Source: Hypanus sabinus
Lineage: Eukaryota
Assembly: GCF_030144855.1 (NCBI RefSeq)
Contig: NC_082731.1
Span: forward strand, 22,940,001-23,004,000
Direction: 5' to 3'
DNA length: 64,000 nt
A program made the position numbers and the translations under genes. This document shows, piece after piece, positions 49,657 through 63,175 of this stretch (position 1 is the stretch's first letter; each line of letters starts with the position of its first letter). The notes under the pieces were generated by a model. That model had not been told where the DNA came from and made no database searches. It saw only the letters and a program-made list of their open reading frames with translations.

Positions 49657-52333
49657 CTCCGCCGTCGGTGTGAGACGGTGACTACTCTGTTTCTGTCTAT
49701 CGCAATAAAACTGTGGTTGAGATTTCGAGCTTACTTGACTCTCATCATGGACCAAATCCTGGCCACAATATTATAATCTGAATGTGGAAACCATTCTGCA
49801 GTTTGGTTTGTTAAATATATGACCTCGGCTTTCAGCGGATTCGATTCTTCGAATGAATACTTGTAATTACTTTTCTTCTACGAATTAGATCCAAGGACAT
49901 GAGACAAGTTGTTTCAAAATACAATGCTGTGCAGAAACAGAATTTTCAATATTGGGCTATTGTCCAGGGTATATATTATCACAATGGAACTGAATGTGTA
50001 TGTCGCCTGTCTACCTGTTTTTCTTAATTCATAAGTGTACTCGAATTGTCTTTGCTTCTGAAATGGATTTGTAAAGCCATAATATTAAATGTGATCACTG
50101 TATTATTTGGAGTTCGAAAACCATTGTCGAAGACTCCACTGAGTAAAGCACGCTTCACTTCGATATTCCTGACTATTTTAATTGCGTTTAAATAGCATTA
50201 TATTTCCACAGCAGGTTAATGTCCCAAACAATTGGCTGACGATGTGAGATGACTTTAGATGCGGGATAGTAACGAACATCGGAGAAAATGACTTTGTTTC
50301 ACAACATGAGTTTTAAAATGGATTTTGAAATACAGTATTATTTTGTTTCATTAAGTTGGACAAGTGGCAAAAATGCAAAGCCACAAAAACCTAAACCTGA
50401 ATTAGAAAAGTAAAACCAGGAAAATCGTTGTAGATCCTTCTCAACCCCTCATTCTATTTCCCCTTGAGTGATTCCATCCCAAAATACAACTTGACTGGTT
50501 GGTAGAATTTCCTGTTATGGAATTAGCATTGTTTGGCACGGCCGCTGAGATATATAGAGTACGGCTGCTGCGACGCCAAATGTCATTGTCTCAGCTATAT
50601 TTCGTGACCTAGCTACTCTCATACGAACATATTTCCTCATTTGGTGCCTCGAGTACAAGAAAGGCTTCAGCTTCCGTGGAAGAAGAGCATTCACATCCTA
50701 TGGACATTAAACCGATATTGTGCTGCACACCTGGTCACCGCCCAAGTGAGTACAGTCTTCTGAGCAGTGGCAGGGCTTTGCGATTCCCGTATGGAATGTG
50801 AGGTACATGATGGTACGACGATTCACGGTAACCGGAGAGCAAATGTTACGGAACGCAGATGGAGGCGGACAGAAGGTGAGTATGCAGACACACATGATTA
50901 GAACTGACCAATGAAATAATCATAGTTCCAAAAACAGAAAACTCATTTTGCGGAAGTCACGAGATGAAAACGAAAACGTGAGAGAGCGTAATAGATGAGA
51001 TATTAAACAAGCGTGTGAAATAGTGCAGGAATGGAAGTGGAACGGATTGGCCGTTTCGTGATACAAACATTTATTTTATTTATCAATGACCCGACGTAGC
51101 ACACTGATTTATATTAGTGTTGAAAACACGGAAAAGCCAAAGAACATGCCGGTCGGCTTTTTAATCATTGCTTTCAGTAATTTATTTTAGCACTATACCA
51201 TATCTCATGTATCCCTGGGAATAAAGAGCACTCTGACCTTAAATATTTGTGGCAGATAGTGAGATGGTTGAAATAGCAAATTCCAGGCAACGTTCTGATT
51301 GGCGATAAAGGTCCCTACGCAAGAGGGCAGTCAACACCTCACTGCTGACAGCCACACGTGTCATTTTATAATATGTTTCTACGTATTTGACGCAACCTAT
51401 CCTCTACTCATGCATCCATGAGCCGAAACTTGAGTACGGATGATAAGTCGTCTCAAGATTCTCTATTTTAGGCACAATATTTCCCATTCCATATGCAGGC
51501 ATTGGGGATGACTGTTGGTTTCTGCAGGATGCGCGAGATTTTAGCTAGACAGCACAGCCCATTTCTCCGGTTTAGGCGAAAATAAATGCCATTTTGGCCG
51601 TTCTGCTCTCTGAATCTCGAGGATGCACGGTGAAACATCTCAACTCCAACTTGTACAAAGACATTTCGCACAAGAATAGTCAATATCCAGTGCGCCTTTA
51701 CGTGTTATGAACAATAATGTATCTGGCCGAAATTGTCTCAGTGGAACCCTGACCAGCCAGCGAGATATGCAACTGCCTTACTCTTCACTGCTGCCAGTCA
51801 CACGTATCATTTTACACTACTCCACTACGGAAAGGACGCACCCATTCATTTTCTCATCCATCCATACAAATGAGGATCAAACTATCTGGTTTTTACACCA
51901 GGTACTCTTTTCAGTTAATTGATGATGTAAATATAGCCATTGATCAGAAGAAGATGACTTCAGGTGGAGTCTGGCTTTCATGGAGTGTTTCTGTGCTAAC
52001 TACTCCACTCTCTAGTTGGCGGATCACCAAGACACTGCTCAGGAAATCTTGACTTCCAGATTCACAACTCTCGCCTGAATTATTTCTAGAAAGCGGCTCT
52101 ATCTGCTTCCTCCCCCAATACTGTGAGCAAATTGTTCCTGGCCTGTTCGTTAAGGTCCAGCGCAGACAGAAACTTCCGAGCTGATTTGTCGTGGAAACTC
52201 TACGGCTAATACCCACGGGGAATAACCATCTCTCACAACCTTTGTCGGTACGCACACGCACTGGCAATTGAAGGCCTTCCTGTTGTGAGCCTCCACGCAT
52301 CATACCACCCCTTGCACTGTGATCTCCACCAGG

Positions 52334-52902
52334 ATGTTTCTCTTTTTCCTTTATTTTTGTTGTATGTTGTAGTCGAAGGTAAGATTTATGCTTTGTATTA
52401 ACTCAGTGAAATGCAGCTTCCTAGCCACATCAACCTTCATTTACTGTCATTAGGCATTTTGCAACAGATTGGATTTAAGCATTTTTGATGGCAATGGCGT
52501 TGACTTTCGTTTAAGAAAATGAGTGCGTTGTTTCCCCTTTACGGCATCTGGTCTCTGCTTACAACACTGTCCTTCCAGTGTGTAGGATGGGACAGCGGGA
52601 CGTTATCATGCTGCTACGGCTACTGTCTTGTGTTAAAGCTGTATTGCATCTTTAGATCACTTGCGTCTCTGTATCCCGCAGAATACAAAGGTGGCAGTTA
52701 TGGTTCTGTCTCATAACCTTGCGGTCAAATCAATAGTGTAGGGAGCCTGATATACACTCACAACATGCCTGAAAATAAAGGCGAAGGTTCCGGTTAGCAA
52801 ACTCAGTCCAAGTAATCAAGTTTTTCGTTCTCGCTTTTTCCTACCTCTGGCTGAGCCATGCCACAACTTTCCCGTGCAATTCCACTCGTCTATACAGGAA
52901 TT
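52334..52902 (+). pseudogene. Probable decayed V pseudogene, copy 2
   Basis: 45-nt leader-like exon + GTAAG; CACAACT-25-ACAGGAATT (52862-52902). Confidence 0.4.
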
Positions 52903-54123
52903 TATGTGTAGTCGGGGTCCTGACGTATCCGGAATGATTGCTAATGGTGCATCCCAATTACTGAACTGTCACTGCCTTTTCTATAGTCGAGTTGACTTTC
53001 CACTTTCGGCCCAATCTTTTTGTATCTCCCGCTTGATTTATTTGCTTGCCGTTGGACTTCCCAACAGCTAACACAGCTCTCACATTGCTACCTTAAACTC
53101 CTGCTCTACTGAAGACAACGGGAGCTGTAGTTGGCCTGTTCTTATGTGGCGACCCACTGAAGAACAATGTTGGGAGAATCTCTAGCCTCCTCCTCAAGTG
53201 CCTGCTGACTATCCCGTTGATGCATTCTACAGGTGCTCGGGGGATCACGTACAACTTTAAAAGCCAAAGCAGAATTGGAGTAGATCATATAGTTACGGCA
53301 TGTTTTAAGTTTACCTGTCAGTCCAGTTTTGTCGATCTTCTGCAGCAACTGTTATTTCAGCATTAGTGTGTCAGTGCCTCGGAATGCTGTATTAAACCGA
53401 TATCCAAGAGATATCATTGGTTGCCCTCAGTCGTTGAAACGTCAACTCTTCGTACTTGAAAACACAACATGGGAGTATCCTAGCCGTTTTTGATCAGCAT
53501 GTATCTGGACTTCTTGGCTAAGCAAGTGGCTACCTGGTCACAGCAGCACTACTAGCGACGTTGTCCAGGGTTTGCAATATCTATTTTGCATGGACATAAG
53601 GTGATGTGGTTATTGTGATCTCACCTGTAAACCCCCATATGCCGGGCTCTAAGAGATGGCCACAGGTTATGTATGTTGCTGCTAATATGAGGATATACAA
53701 CCCAATTAAAATCAAGATTGCGGTGGTGGTGCAGCCATTGAGTTCCATTTTAGAGGTCTTCCCACTTGAATATAAGGTGGGCTGCAGTGAATTTGAATTC
53801 TCATAGGTAACTGTTAATCATGACTTACCTTCCTGGTATGATATACTAGTGGAAAAGACCAGTCTCGATGAGGATTTGTAGTGTTGAACCGTCGGCGTTG
53901 GCGATGTGTAGCGATATATCTTCCAGGTTACCTTTCATTTGCCTAGCCTGGCGAAGCAATTGGTTGATCAACGAGATAACTTCAAGAAGCAGTGAAAAAA
54001 ATCGAGATGTCACCTTTCCAGGTGGAGGTGCTGAAATGGTGCGTCTCCACTGAGGGAATTTCGTTACAGGAAAAATGAGACCAAAAGAAATTGCAGGGTC
54101 ACGAAATTACTTTTGGAATGCAG

Positions 54124-54450
54124 CATGCAGTGTTTTAATAAATGAAAACAAGTGGCCCAAATGCACTAGTCAGCAAAACCTAAACCAGAGTTTGAGAAGT
54201 CAAAATACCGAAATAGAAGCAGAGGTGCCAACCTTCTGGCAGACATCGAGCAGAATATCATGAGGAGGAGGTTTGCTATAAACGTGATGATGGGAGAAGA
54301 ATACGTTACCTATGGGACAAGGCATCCTTTTAGCGATTTTCCAGCTTAGTGCGATAGAGCCTTTCGTTCACACATTCTCCATTATCTTCAGCAAACTACA
54401 GATGCGATTTAAAATATTCTTAAATCACGTAGCGTCTACCGCTCGGTCGA
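54124..54450 (+). pseudogene. Decayed V pseudogene related to V1-V3, copy 2
   Basis: FW..HRAEYHE...YKRDDG...RFSSLVR*, FSIIFSKLQMR (54375-54407). Confidence 0.65.
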
Positions 54451-54811
54451 CAGGCGGCTGATGACTTTGCTTTGATATTCTGGACTTCCTTTCTCGTTGG
54501 CTCAGTGCCACTCAGCACTGTTGCTGGCATTTTTGTTTGCGGGATCTCTGGATCGAATTCTTGTCCCTGATTCGGACGGCGATCTTTGCTTGATATTCTA
54601 TTTAAACTTTTAAATTGCAAACCGCTGGCATCCCTTTCTTTCAAATGAAGTTTGCTATCCACTCTGATTACAAGCACAGTCCTGCCTAATGCAGGTCGAC
54701 AGCGAACGAGTTTAATAAAATTGGCATGAACCGAGTTTCTCCAGTTGTCAGGAAATCATTCTGGATAAGACACACTAAAGATCAATACACAAAACTGAAT
54801 AGCAGTAGAGA

Positions 54812-57800
54812 TGTGACGGGGACGTGGCAGGAAAACGAACACAAGTGCAGGACTCCGATTGGGGGGGGGGGGTGCAGAATCAGGAGGCAGAATCACCGTG
54901 GCGGGTGTAGAATCGGGACTAGATTTGGTCAGTACCTGGAAGATTTGGTTTACGAAGAGATACGGGGTCGAAGACTTGGAGCAAGTTTCCGCTCTCTCTG
55001 AGACTCGACCAACAATCTGGCTAGGGCTGAGCTGAGCTGTCAGAGGCTTATTCTTCGGTGGCTAATGGAAACCAGGTGCTGGTGATTGAGATGAATTGGG
55101 AAATTCTGGAAGTCACGTGTGTGCATTAAGGAACAATTAGGGAGTAAAAGGAAATGATGGAAAATGCCAGCCAGGACAATGACTGCACCCGGTCCTCAAT
55201 GGGAGCCTCCGGGCAACTTTCCCGACTTGCTGGTGTTGTCTCGATAAAAGTCCTGGATGAGGAAAGGGTCCAAGTTAAAGGAGCGGGGATCCCAGGAAAA
55301 CTCCTCTGGACCATATACTTCCCAATAAAGCAAGTGCTGGAGCCCTCTGCCTATTCGGGGCACTTCCAATAGCCGTCGAACGGTGTACGCTGGATTGTTG
55401 TTAATGATTCGGGCTGGTGGGAGAGTATCGGGAGGTGGAGTCAAGGGGGATGACAGAGACTGGTTTAACTTGGGAAACATGGAAGGTAGGGCGGATGCGT
55501 AGGGAACTATGTACCTTCAGTCGGACCGCCGTAGGATTGACAACCCGTTCGACACTTAACCTTCCTTGGAAGCTAGGAGCGAGATTTCGGTGTTCATTTT
55601 TGAGTGCAATGTGATATTCCGGTACCGTGGTCAGTGTCTGTCGGCTATCTCCTTTTCGCGATCTGCTGAGCGGGCGAGGGCCGCGCGTTTCTCTGTCTAA
55701 ATCCTGCGGCAACTGTCGATTTGATCGCGAAAGGATGGTATTGCAATCTCTGCTTCCTGTGCGGGAAACAACGGGGACTGTCTACCAGGGTGAGAATGGT
55801 CGTATTTCCGAGTGAGTTGGGCAGACCTGTGACGAAGACCAGTGAGATGTGCGACCATTTGCGGACATGATCAGGCAGCGGCTAAAGCAATCCCTCAGAC
55901 GACCGATGAGATGCCTTACCCCGGGCACAAGTGGGACATGCCGCGAAGTATGAGCGGGCGTCTGCCTCCATGTAGGAACACCAAAAATGTCTTCTCACGA
56001 GTGCCAGTGTTCGATAATTTCCAGGGTAGCAGGCACATCGAAATACATGCCCCACTGGAGGATCTGAGATCGGACGCTTTCCGGCACTTACAGGTGGACG
56101 CTGGGTCCCTTACCTGGGTCCGTGTCATCCCGTTGGCTTCAATTACCCCGGACTCGATCTCCCAGGTGAGGGCGGAAATCACGCAGAACGGGGGGATGTT
56201 CGTTTCTGGACTGCAGGTGTCCTCCCAGGAGTCATATTGGCGGGAGAGCGCTTCCGGTTTTTCTGATCTGTCCAGACGACGAATGGATGCTCTGCCCACT
56301 CCAGCCAGTACATCCACTCTTCCAACGCCAGTTTGACGCCAATAGCAGTCAATTTCCCACGTCATAATTCCGTTACGCGTGAGGTAATCGGCGGGAAAAG
56401 AAGGCAAGTGGTGAATCGTTTCGCCCGTACCCGACCGTTGGGACCCGACTGCTCCTACACAGGAATCGGAAGCGTCCACCTCCACGACAAATTGTCGGGA
56501 ACGTTCCGGATGTATCAGGATGGGGGCGGTGGTAAAGCGTCTCTTTAAGATATTGAATGCTGCTTCCGTCTTCGGTGTCCCAAGAAAGGGATGTGCATGG
56601 TAAAGTAAGCCGGGTGAAATGCTGCCACCCGTCTGTAGTCCCTGATAAAACGACGGTAGAAGTTCGCGAAACCAAGGAACCGCTGGAGTTGCTTGCGGGT
56701 CGTGGGCCTAGGCCATTCCTCCACCGCACGGAACTTCTCGGGGTCAGCTCTTTCCTACCCGCCTTCGATGATGTATTCTAGGATGCTGATCGAAGGGACA
56801 TGAAACTCACAGTTCTCCGCCTTGACAAACAGTTGGTTTTCCCACAGCCTCTGAAGGACTCTACGGATATGTGGAACACGTTTTTGAAGGCTGCGAGAAA
56901 AGATCAAAATATCGTTTAGATAGACGAATACGAAATGGTTAATGAAGATCCTTAGCAAATCGTTGATGAAGGCCTGGAAAACGGTGGGAAAATTAATAAG
57001 GACAAAGGGCATTACAAGTTCTTCAAAATAGCCCAGAGTGGTCTTAAAGGCTGTTTTCCGCTCATCCCCTTCCCATATCCTAACGAGGTGGTAGGCATTC
57101 CGTAGGTCCAGCTTGGAAAAGATGGTCATTCCGTGCAGCTGGTCGAAGGCTGAACAAGTGAGAGGTAGTGGGTACTTATTCTTAAAGGTTATATTGTCAA
57201 GCATCGATAATCGATGCAGGGGCGAAGCGATCCATCTTTCTTTTCCACAAAGAAGAACCTGGCGGCCACAGGGGAGGAACAGGACCTGATGAGGCCAGCT
57301 GCGAGGCACTCGCCTGATCATTTCTGCATGATCTCCCTGTCTGGTGGCGATAAATTACAGAGGCGACTGGTTGGTTGCGGGGCCCAGGAAGTAGTTCAAT
57401 GGCACAGTCATAACGGCAGTGCGGAGGCTGGACAGGTGCTCTTTGTTTGCTGAACACCTGCCACAGGTCGTGGTTTTCAGCAGGTACCCTGGAGAGGTCA
57501 AGTTCTTCAGAGACCGGCGAGGTCGCCCGAGCCCCCCTGGGAGGTGGGGCCGAAGGTAGATAGTGCGCGTTGCATGCCTGACTCCATCTGGCTATCCTGC
57601 CAGCGGTCCAGTCGATCTGGGGATTGTTCTGGGTCAGCCACGGGTACCCGAGGGCTACCGGGGTTGGGCTGACTGAATGAGGCTGAAACGTACTTCCTCC
57701 CGATGATTGCCGGAAAGAATCAAGGTGAGGGGCGGCGTACAGTGAGTCACCCGAGCAAGCAGTCTCCCGTCCAGGGCCCTGGCCTCCAAGGACGTTGTCA

Positions 57801-59404
57801 ACGGCTCCAGCGGTATTCCGGCCTGGGTGGCTATCCCCTCGTCCAGCAGGTTACCCTCCGGACCGTAACCCACATGAGCCGATAGGGACAGAGACTGCAG
57901 CTATTATTTCACCGTTGCCGGGATCTACATCCTTGGCTGACGGGAGCATCGTTCGGCTCCTCAGGACTCCCTTTTTCACTGGTGAGTCCTCCCCTTTTGG
58001 CCGCTGACGGCAGGTATTCCGGAAGTGGCCTTTTTTGCCGCAATAGTAACAGGCCCCAGCTCTTCACATCCACTTCCGTTCGGCCGGGCAGAGCCTGGCA
58101 TTGTAGAAAAGCCAGAGTCCAGGCTGCATCGGTTCTTCTTCCAGGAAAGTGTGGATAGATGGAGCAGGAACGAAACTGATGAAGCCGAGGAAGGAGAAGT
58201 GGTGGAAAGCGGTGAAACAGTCCCTGTATTTACCCGTGGAGCTGGGAGACTCGAACTTTCCCACCGACGCTCTCGCAGCCGGTAGTCCTGCCTGGTCGCT
58301 GAAGAGATCAGCGCGTCTAGGCTGTCCATATCAACTTTCGCTGCAGTTCGTCCTTAATCTTTTCTGCAAGACCTTGTCGTAACACATCCTCTAGGGCCTC
58401 GTCGTTCCATCCTGATTCGGCTGCGAGGGTGTGGAATTCGATGGTTTATTTAGCCACACTCCGTGGACCCTGACACAGGGTCAGCAAGCGTCTGGCGGCG
58501 TCCTTTTCGCAAAGGTGCTGTTCGAAAACTTTCTGAATTTCTGAGACGATGGTGGTGAAAGTGGCGCAATCCTCAGGTTGTTTGATCAAAAAAGCCGTAG
58601 CCCATGCCAGGGTATCCTCTCGCTGCAGCTGCATGACTTACGCGATCTTCGACTTATCTGATGCGTATGTTCGTGGCGGCTGCTCGAAAACCAGGGAGTA
58701 TTGTAGTAGGAATGGCTTACACCTCCAGAGGTTCCCCACGTAGGGTTCTGGCTCTGGAACATACGGCTCGCGAGGGAATATTATTGACGGTTCGAGAGGG
58801 AGAAACGGTCCAGGTTGTCAGGATGGGTTGCCGGAGTTCTCGGGGGGAGCGACGGACTAAGGAAGACGGACATTCTGTCCGCCTGCTCACTGACCTTGGC
58901 CACATTTGTGGCCAGCCTATTGAGATGTTCCGTAGCATTCTGGAGAATTTGTTTGTGGGCGCCCTTAACTGGCCTTGGCTGGCGTGGGCCTGTTGCACGG
59001 GAACTGAGTCCGCTGGATTCATGACTGGCCCGATTGCTCTGTGACGAGTACATGGCAGGAAAACGAACCCATGTGCAGGTCAAGGACGCGGAGGCTGGAT
59101 CAGGAGGCAGAATTTCCGTAGCAGGTGTAGAATCGGGACAAGGCTGGGTCAGGACCATCGGCATTTGGTTTATGAAGAGATACGGGGTCGAAGACTTGTA
59201 GAAAGGTTCCTCTCTTTCTGAGAGTCGAGAAACGATCTGGCAAGGACTGACTGGAGCTGTCGGAGTCTTACCCTCTGGTGGCTAATGGAAACCCGGTGCT
59301 GGTGATTGAGAGGAATTGGGAAAGATTGGGAATCAACTGTGGGAATTAAGGACCAATTAGGGAGGAAAATGAAAAGGTTGGAAATGCCAGCCAGGACCAT
59401 GACA
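54812..59404 (-). mobile_element. Ty3/Gypsy chromovirus (sushi-like) LTR retrotransposon, decayed, copy 2
   Basis: LTRs at 54812-55184 and 59040-59404; same TSD AGAGA (54807-54811, 59405-59409). RT ORF 56755-57321 ([27 protein letters not shown]); chromodomain remnant YTVRRLLEV...WEVYGPEE. Confidence 0.92.
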
Positions 59405-61578
59405 AGAGAAAAAGCGAGAATGAATCTGTCCATTATGTCGGTGAATACCATGAAGGTTCGGCTTCCTCACAGATTTCACCTATCAATCTGCCGGGACTGC
59501 TTTTCATCAATTCCGTCCTCCTCTCTATGCGGGGTGCTGGCACGTATATAGGGCTAATTCTGTTCCAGGAGACAGAAGACGACTCGAAGTGGTGCATACT
59601 GCAGACTCTTGAGTTCTCGTTTCCATCAAAAATGACAGTCGCTCTTAAGTTTGGAAACGTTAACAATTTCTTAGAACCGACTTTCCCTTTATTGTATCGT
59701 GATAATGCTAAAGTGAGAGGGAAAATGTTGAAACAACTCCAGCCAGCTTCCTGTAATGAGGAGCGAGAAAATCGATGATCGTATTCACGGTCATAATAGT
59801 ACTCCTGTCCCCGATCCATCTGCCAATCCGTTTGCTATGCAAGCATTTATATTTAGTCTGCCATCTTTTCCGAAGATCCAGGAAAGAAATGGGAAGTAAA
59901 AAAAAAAATACGGCAACTCTGGAAAAGCACATTTAGAGATGCAATGTATTACTTTAGTGGGCTGTCACTGAAGAAAAACAAAATCTGTATATTTAGTAAG
60001 TTTGTTTTATTTTTTCAATAGTAGCGAAACAGTGCGGAGGACGACCTGACAAGCATTGTGCCACTCTGTTACTGCAACGACTGTCAAAAAAATATTATCT
60101 CGTGGCGATCAAGGAATAATTTACATTTTCCAATTAACCCACCCCGTATTCTTTGAATTGCGAAGTTAACCAGTTTCTCTGGCGAACCTTCACCTACTCG
60201 ATCGCGTGGACGTACAGATTCTCTTCACAACACAGAGCCACAAATGAATTACGAACTCCAAAGTAAATCAACCTGTAGCAGAGCCGTGCTGGCCAAAAGC
60301 CCACGTGGCGTCCTACTGGAGAGACTGGAGAGACTGAAAGTTCATTAGTGCAAGGGAGGGAAGAGAAGTTTTTTTTTAAAGAAGAAAACACAGAATCCGA
60401 CAGAAATAGACATGTAGGTCGAGTCCTGGAGGGATAACGAGACAGTTTAATGTCATATCGTTAGGAAACTCTCAGAGGGAGAACATCTAAAGGGAAATAA
60501 TAATACGTGGAAATACTGCCGGAGTAGCAGGCTCGAAGGGAAAGAGACAGATATGAGAATAAGAATGATAGCTGATAATACAATTAGCACACCCACAAAC
60601 ACAAATACAAATAATGGAAACGAAGAAATGGCAGACAACTGTGTCTAAGACAAGCAGCGAGACAAACGATAAATAACACGACAGGTAGATAGAGTACCAG
60701 GACAGAGGTACTGGGAGAATAACAGACTGTTAGGGAGAAGAGAGAGGGAGAGTGGTGATTGGAGAAAGTGACCATCGGTATTATTATCAGAAGAGATAAG
60801 ATTAGCAGAACGACACATATATCAAGGAACCAGAAAGTGACAAAAAAAAATTGGGAGATATTAATCTCTATAATAAGGCAGAAACCTGGAAGTAAAAAGA
60901 TAAAGAAAGTGAGAAAGAATCAAAGGGAGTAGAAATAAACAAGGATATTGACGTAGGTAGAAATTGAGAGAGGGAGAGAGAGTTTGACCGAGATGCAGAT
61001 AAATTGAAGGAGGAAAACCTGTATACTACACAGCATTCATTATTTGTGCTCCTTGAAGATTACTTTGGTTGCGCTGCCCATTGAGACTCTGTGGAAATGG
61101 ACAAACTTTGTATTGTGGAACTCATGTACTCCTGGGTTGTCAACGGCTCTACTATCTTTCATCAAGGAGGAGCGAGAAGTGTATCCGCCGTGATACGATG
61201 TGTCAATCAAGTTTCGGCTAAATTAAAGTTTGAGAACGTACAGACAAAACATTTAAAATATACATAAATGAAAGGGTATCCAACATTTCTTTCAGCAGCA
61301 TCATGAGATATGTCCGACAAATCAGTTGCAACATGTCCAACGTTCTCCAGAAGAATAACTGGGCAGGTTTTAAGCTGAGTTGTAGAAATATTGAAGGATC
61401 ATATACAAATATTTTAGGGGGGGGTATATGTCGTATTGTGCCGTATATCTTCACGCTGTTGAGCTCTATCTATCGAAGCAGGTGCAGTCAAAACTCTACC
61501 CTGGGTGTTACTACGCTCAAATGGCAGTAAAAGATCAACAAATAGCGAATGACGGAATGACAAGATGTGAGCAAACAC

Positions 61579-61797
61579 NNNNNNNNNNNNNNNNNNNNNN
61601 NNNNNNNNNNNNNNNNNNNNNNNNNNNNNNNNNNNNNNNNNNNNNNNNNNNNNNNNNNNNNNNNNNNNNNNNNNNNNNNNNNNNNNNNNNNNNNNNNNNN
61701 NNNNNNNNNNNNNNNNNNNNNNNNNNNNNNNNNNNNNNNNNNNNNNNNNNNNNNNNNNNNNNNNNNNNNNNNNNNNNNNNNNNNNNNNNNNNNNNNN
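61579..61797. other. Assembly gap (219 N)
   Basis: N run at the CA-repeat position. Confidence 0.99.
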
Positions 61798-62394
61798 CCG
61801 TCCGACTTACAGATACAGACGCTGATGCACAGAAAATGAAGCAACAATGGCAACTGTGTAAGGATAGAAACCACGAACTAGAGATATGTATTTACTATTA
61901 AACGGAGAATAGCTCCATCATGCATAACTGCAGTTTCTCTGTTTATTTATTTTAGCATTGTTTCTATGTAAATCCCGGGATATGTGTATGAACATATCTC
62001 TCGGGAACCAACAGACGTCTGTGTTTTGCCCTTGTATTTATCGCTGCCTTGCAGAAAGTCAGCATGAGGTCTCAGTTAGTATTTCCACCGTATATCTCTT
62101 TTGCATGTCGATAGACTGTACAATGGGAAAAAAAAAATGTCATTTTTAAAGCTGCAGGCTCATGTCGTCAGAGGGCTGTCTCAGACAGCGGGGATGGTGA
62201 CGCTCATTCCTACAGGAACCTGGAACTGTCGCTTTTGTGACAATAGGCGGAGCATGTCTCATGAGGCTGCGTTCCCATTGGGCGCTTTTCACTTCCTGCT
62301 CATTGTAGTACTTAAACAGGAGAATAGAAATGTCCTGAATCCTGGTGATAATTTGTTGATGAGAAAATTATTCAACACATTCTTCATAAAAATA

Positions 62395-62843
62395 ATGTGG
62401 AGATTCGGCATCTGGATCGTGTGCGGTGCCTTGTTAACTGGTTTGTACGCAGCAGACGATTCAAAAGCATTCTCGAAACTGAATTCTGAAAAAAAACCGG
62501 TAATATTACATTTTATGTTTTGACTTTATTTTTTAGATACGAGTCATGGAAACTCTGTCACTCAGACATTGCCACCGCAAATGAAGACAGAAGAAGAAAC
62601 TGTGACTTTCAGCTGCACCTATGATACTACATGGGATAGTTATTATTTATATTTGTACCGACAAAGGCCAATGCAAAGTCTCGAATACGTACTGTACAAA
62701 GATCATGATGAATACGAACAAAAAGCCGAATTTGCTAACAGACGCTTCAAATCCACTCTGGAGAAGGGAAGGAAATTATTTAGTGTTACCATCTCAAAGC
62801 TGCAAATGAGCGACTCCGCAGTTTATTACTGTGCCCTAAGACG
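62395..62843 (+). CDS. TRAV/TRDV: TCR alpha/delta V segment V3 (leader 62395-62440, intron 62441-62536, V exon 62537-62843)
   Basis: Leader MWRFGIWIVCGALLT, GT..AG intron of 96 nt. Open V exon DTSHGNSVTQTLPPQ...SYYLYLYRQRP...DSAVYYCALR, then 23-RSS. 18 nt differences from the V2 exon over 307 nt (hand count). Confidence 0.95.
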
Positions 62844-62882
62844 CACAGTGATGCATTGTAGTTGAAAGCTCGCACAAAAATT
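62844..62882 (+). other. 23-RSS of V3
   Basis: CACAGTG 62844-62850, 23-nt spacer, ACAAAAATT 62874-62882. Confidence 0.95.
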
Positions 62883-63144
62883 AACTTACTGTTCAATACA
62901 TGCTTTGATCGCTGCAGTTTGATATATTTGTGCACTGCTTTTCTCACTGTGGTTTCACGCCACTAAGTGTATCTGTTGAAGTTTCGCTCGCTTTCGTCTG
63001 TGAAGACGCAGCAATGGTGTAACCGCACCGCTCCTTCCAATGATGCAATGAGATCAAGTGCCTCTGCCATCTTATTTAATTTGTGAAATATACGTTAACG
63101 CGACAAGAGAGTTATGAGCGGTAAAATTCAGACCGCCATCACTC

Positions 63145-63175
<31 letters not shown>

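Larger units (their letters stand above)
47087..60523. repeat. Segmental duplication block A, copy 2
   Basis: Paralogous to 1-13590; carries about 590 extra bp at about 53410-54000. Confidence 0.92.
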
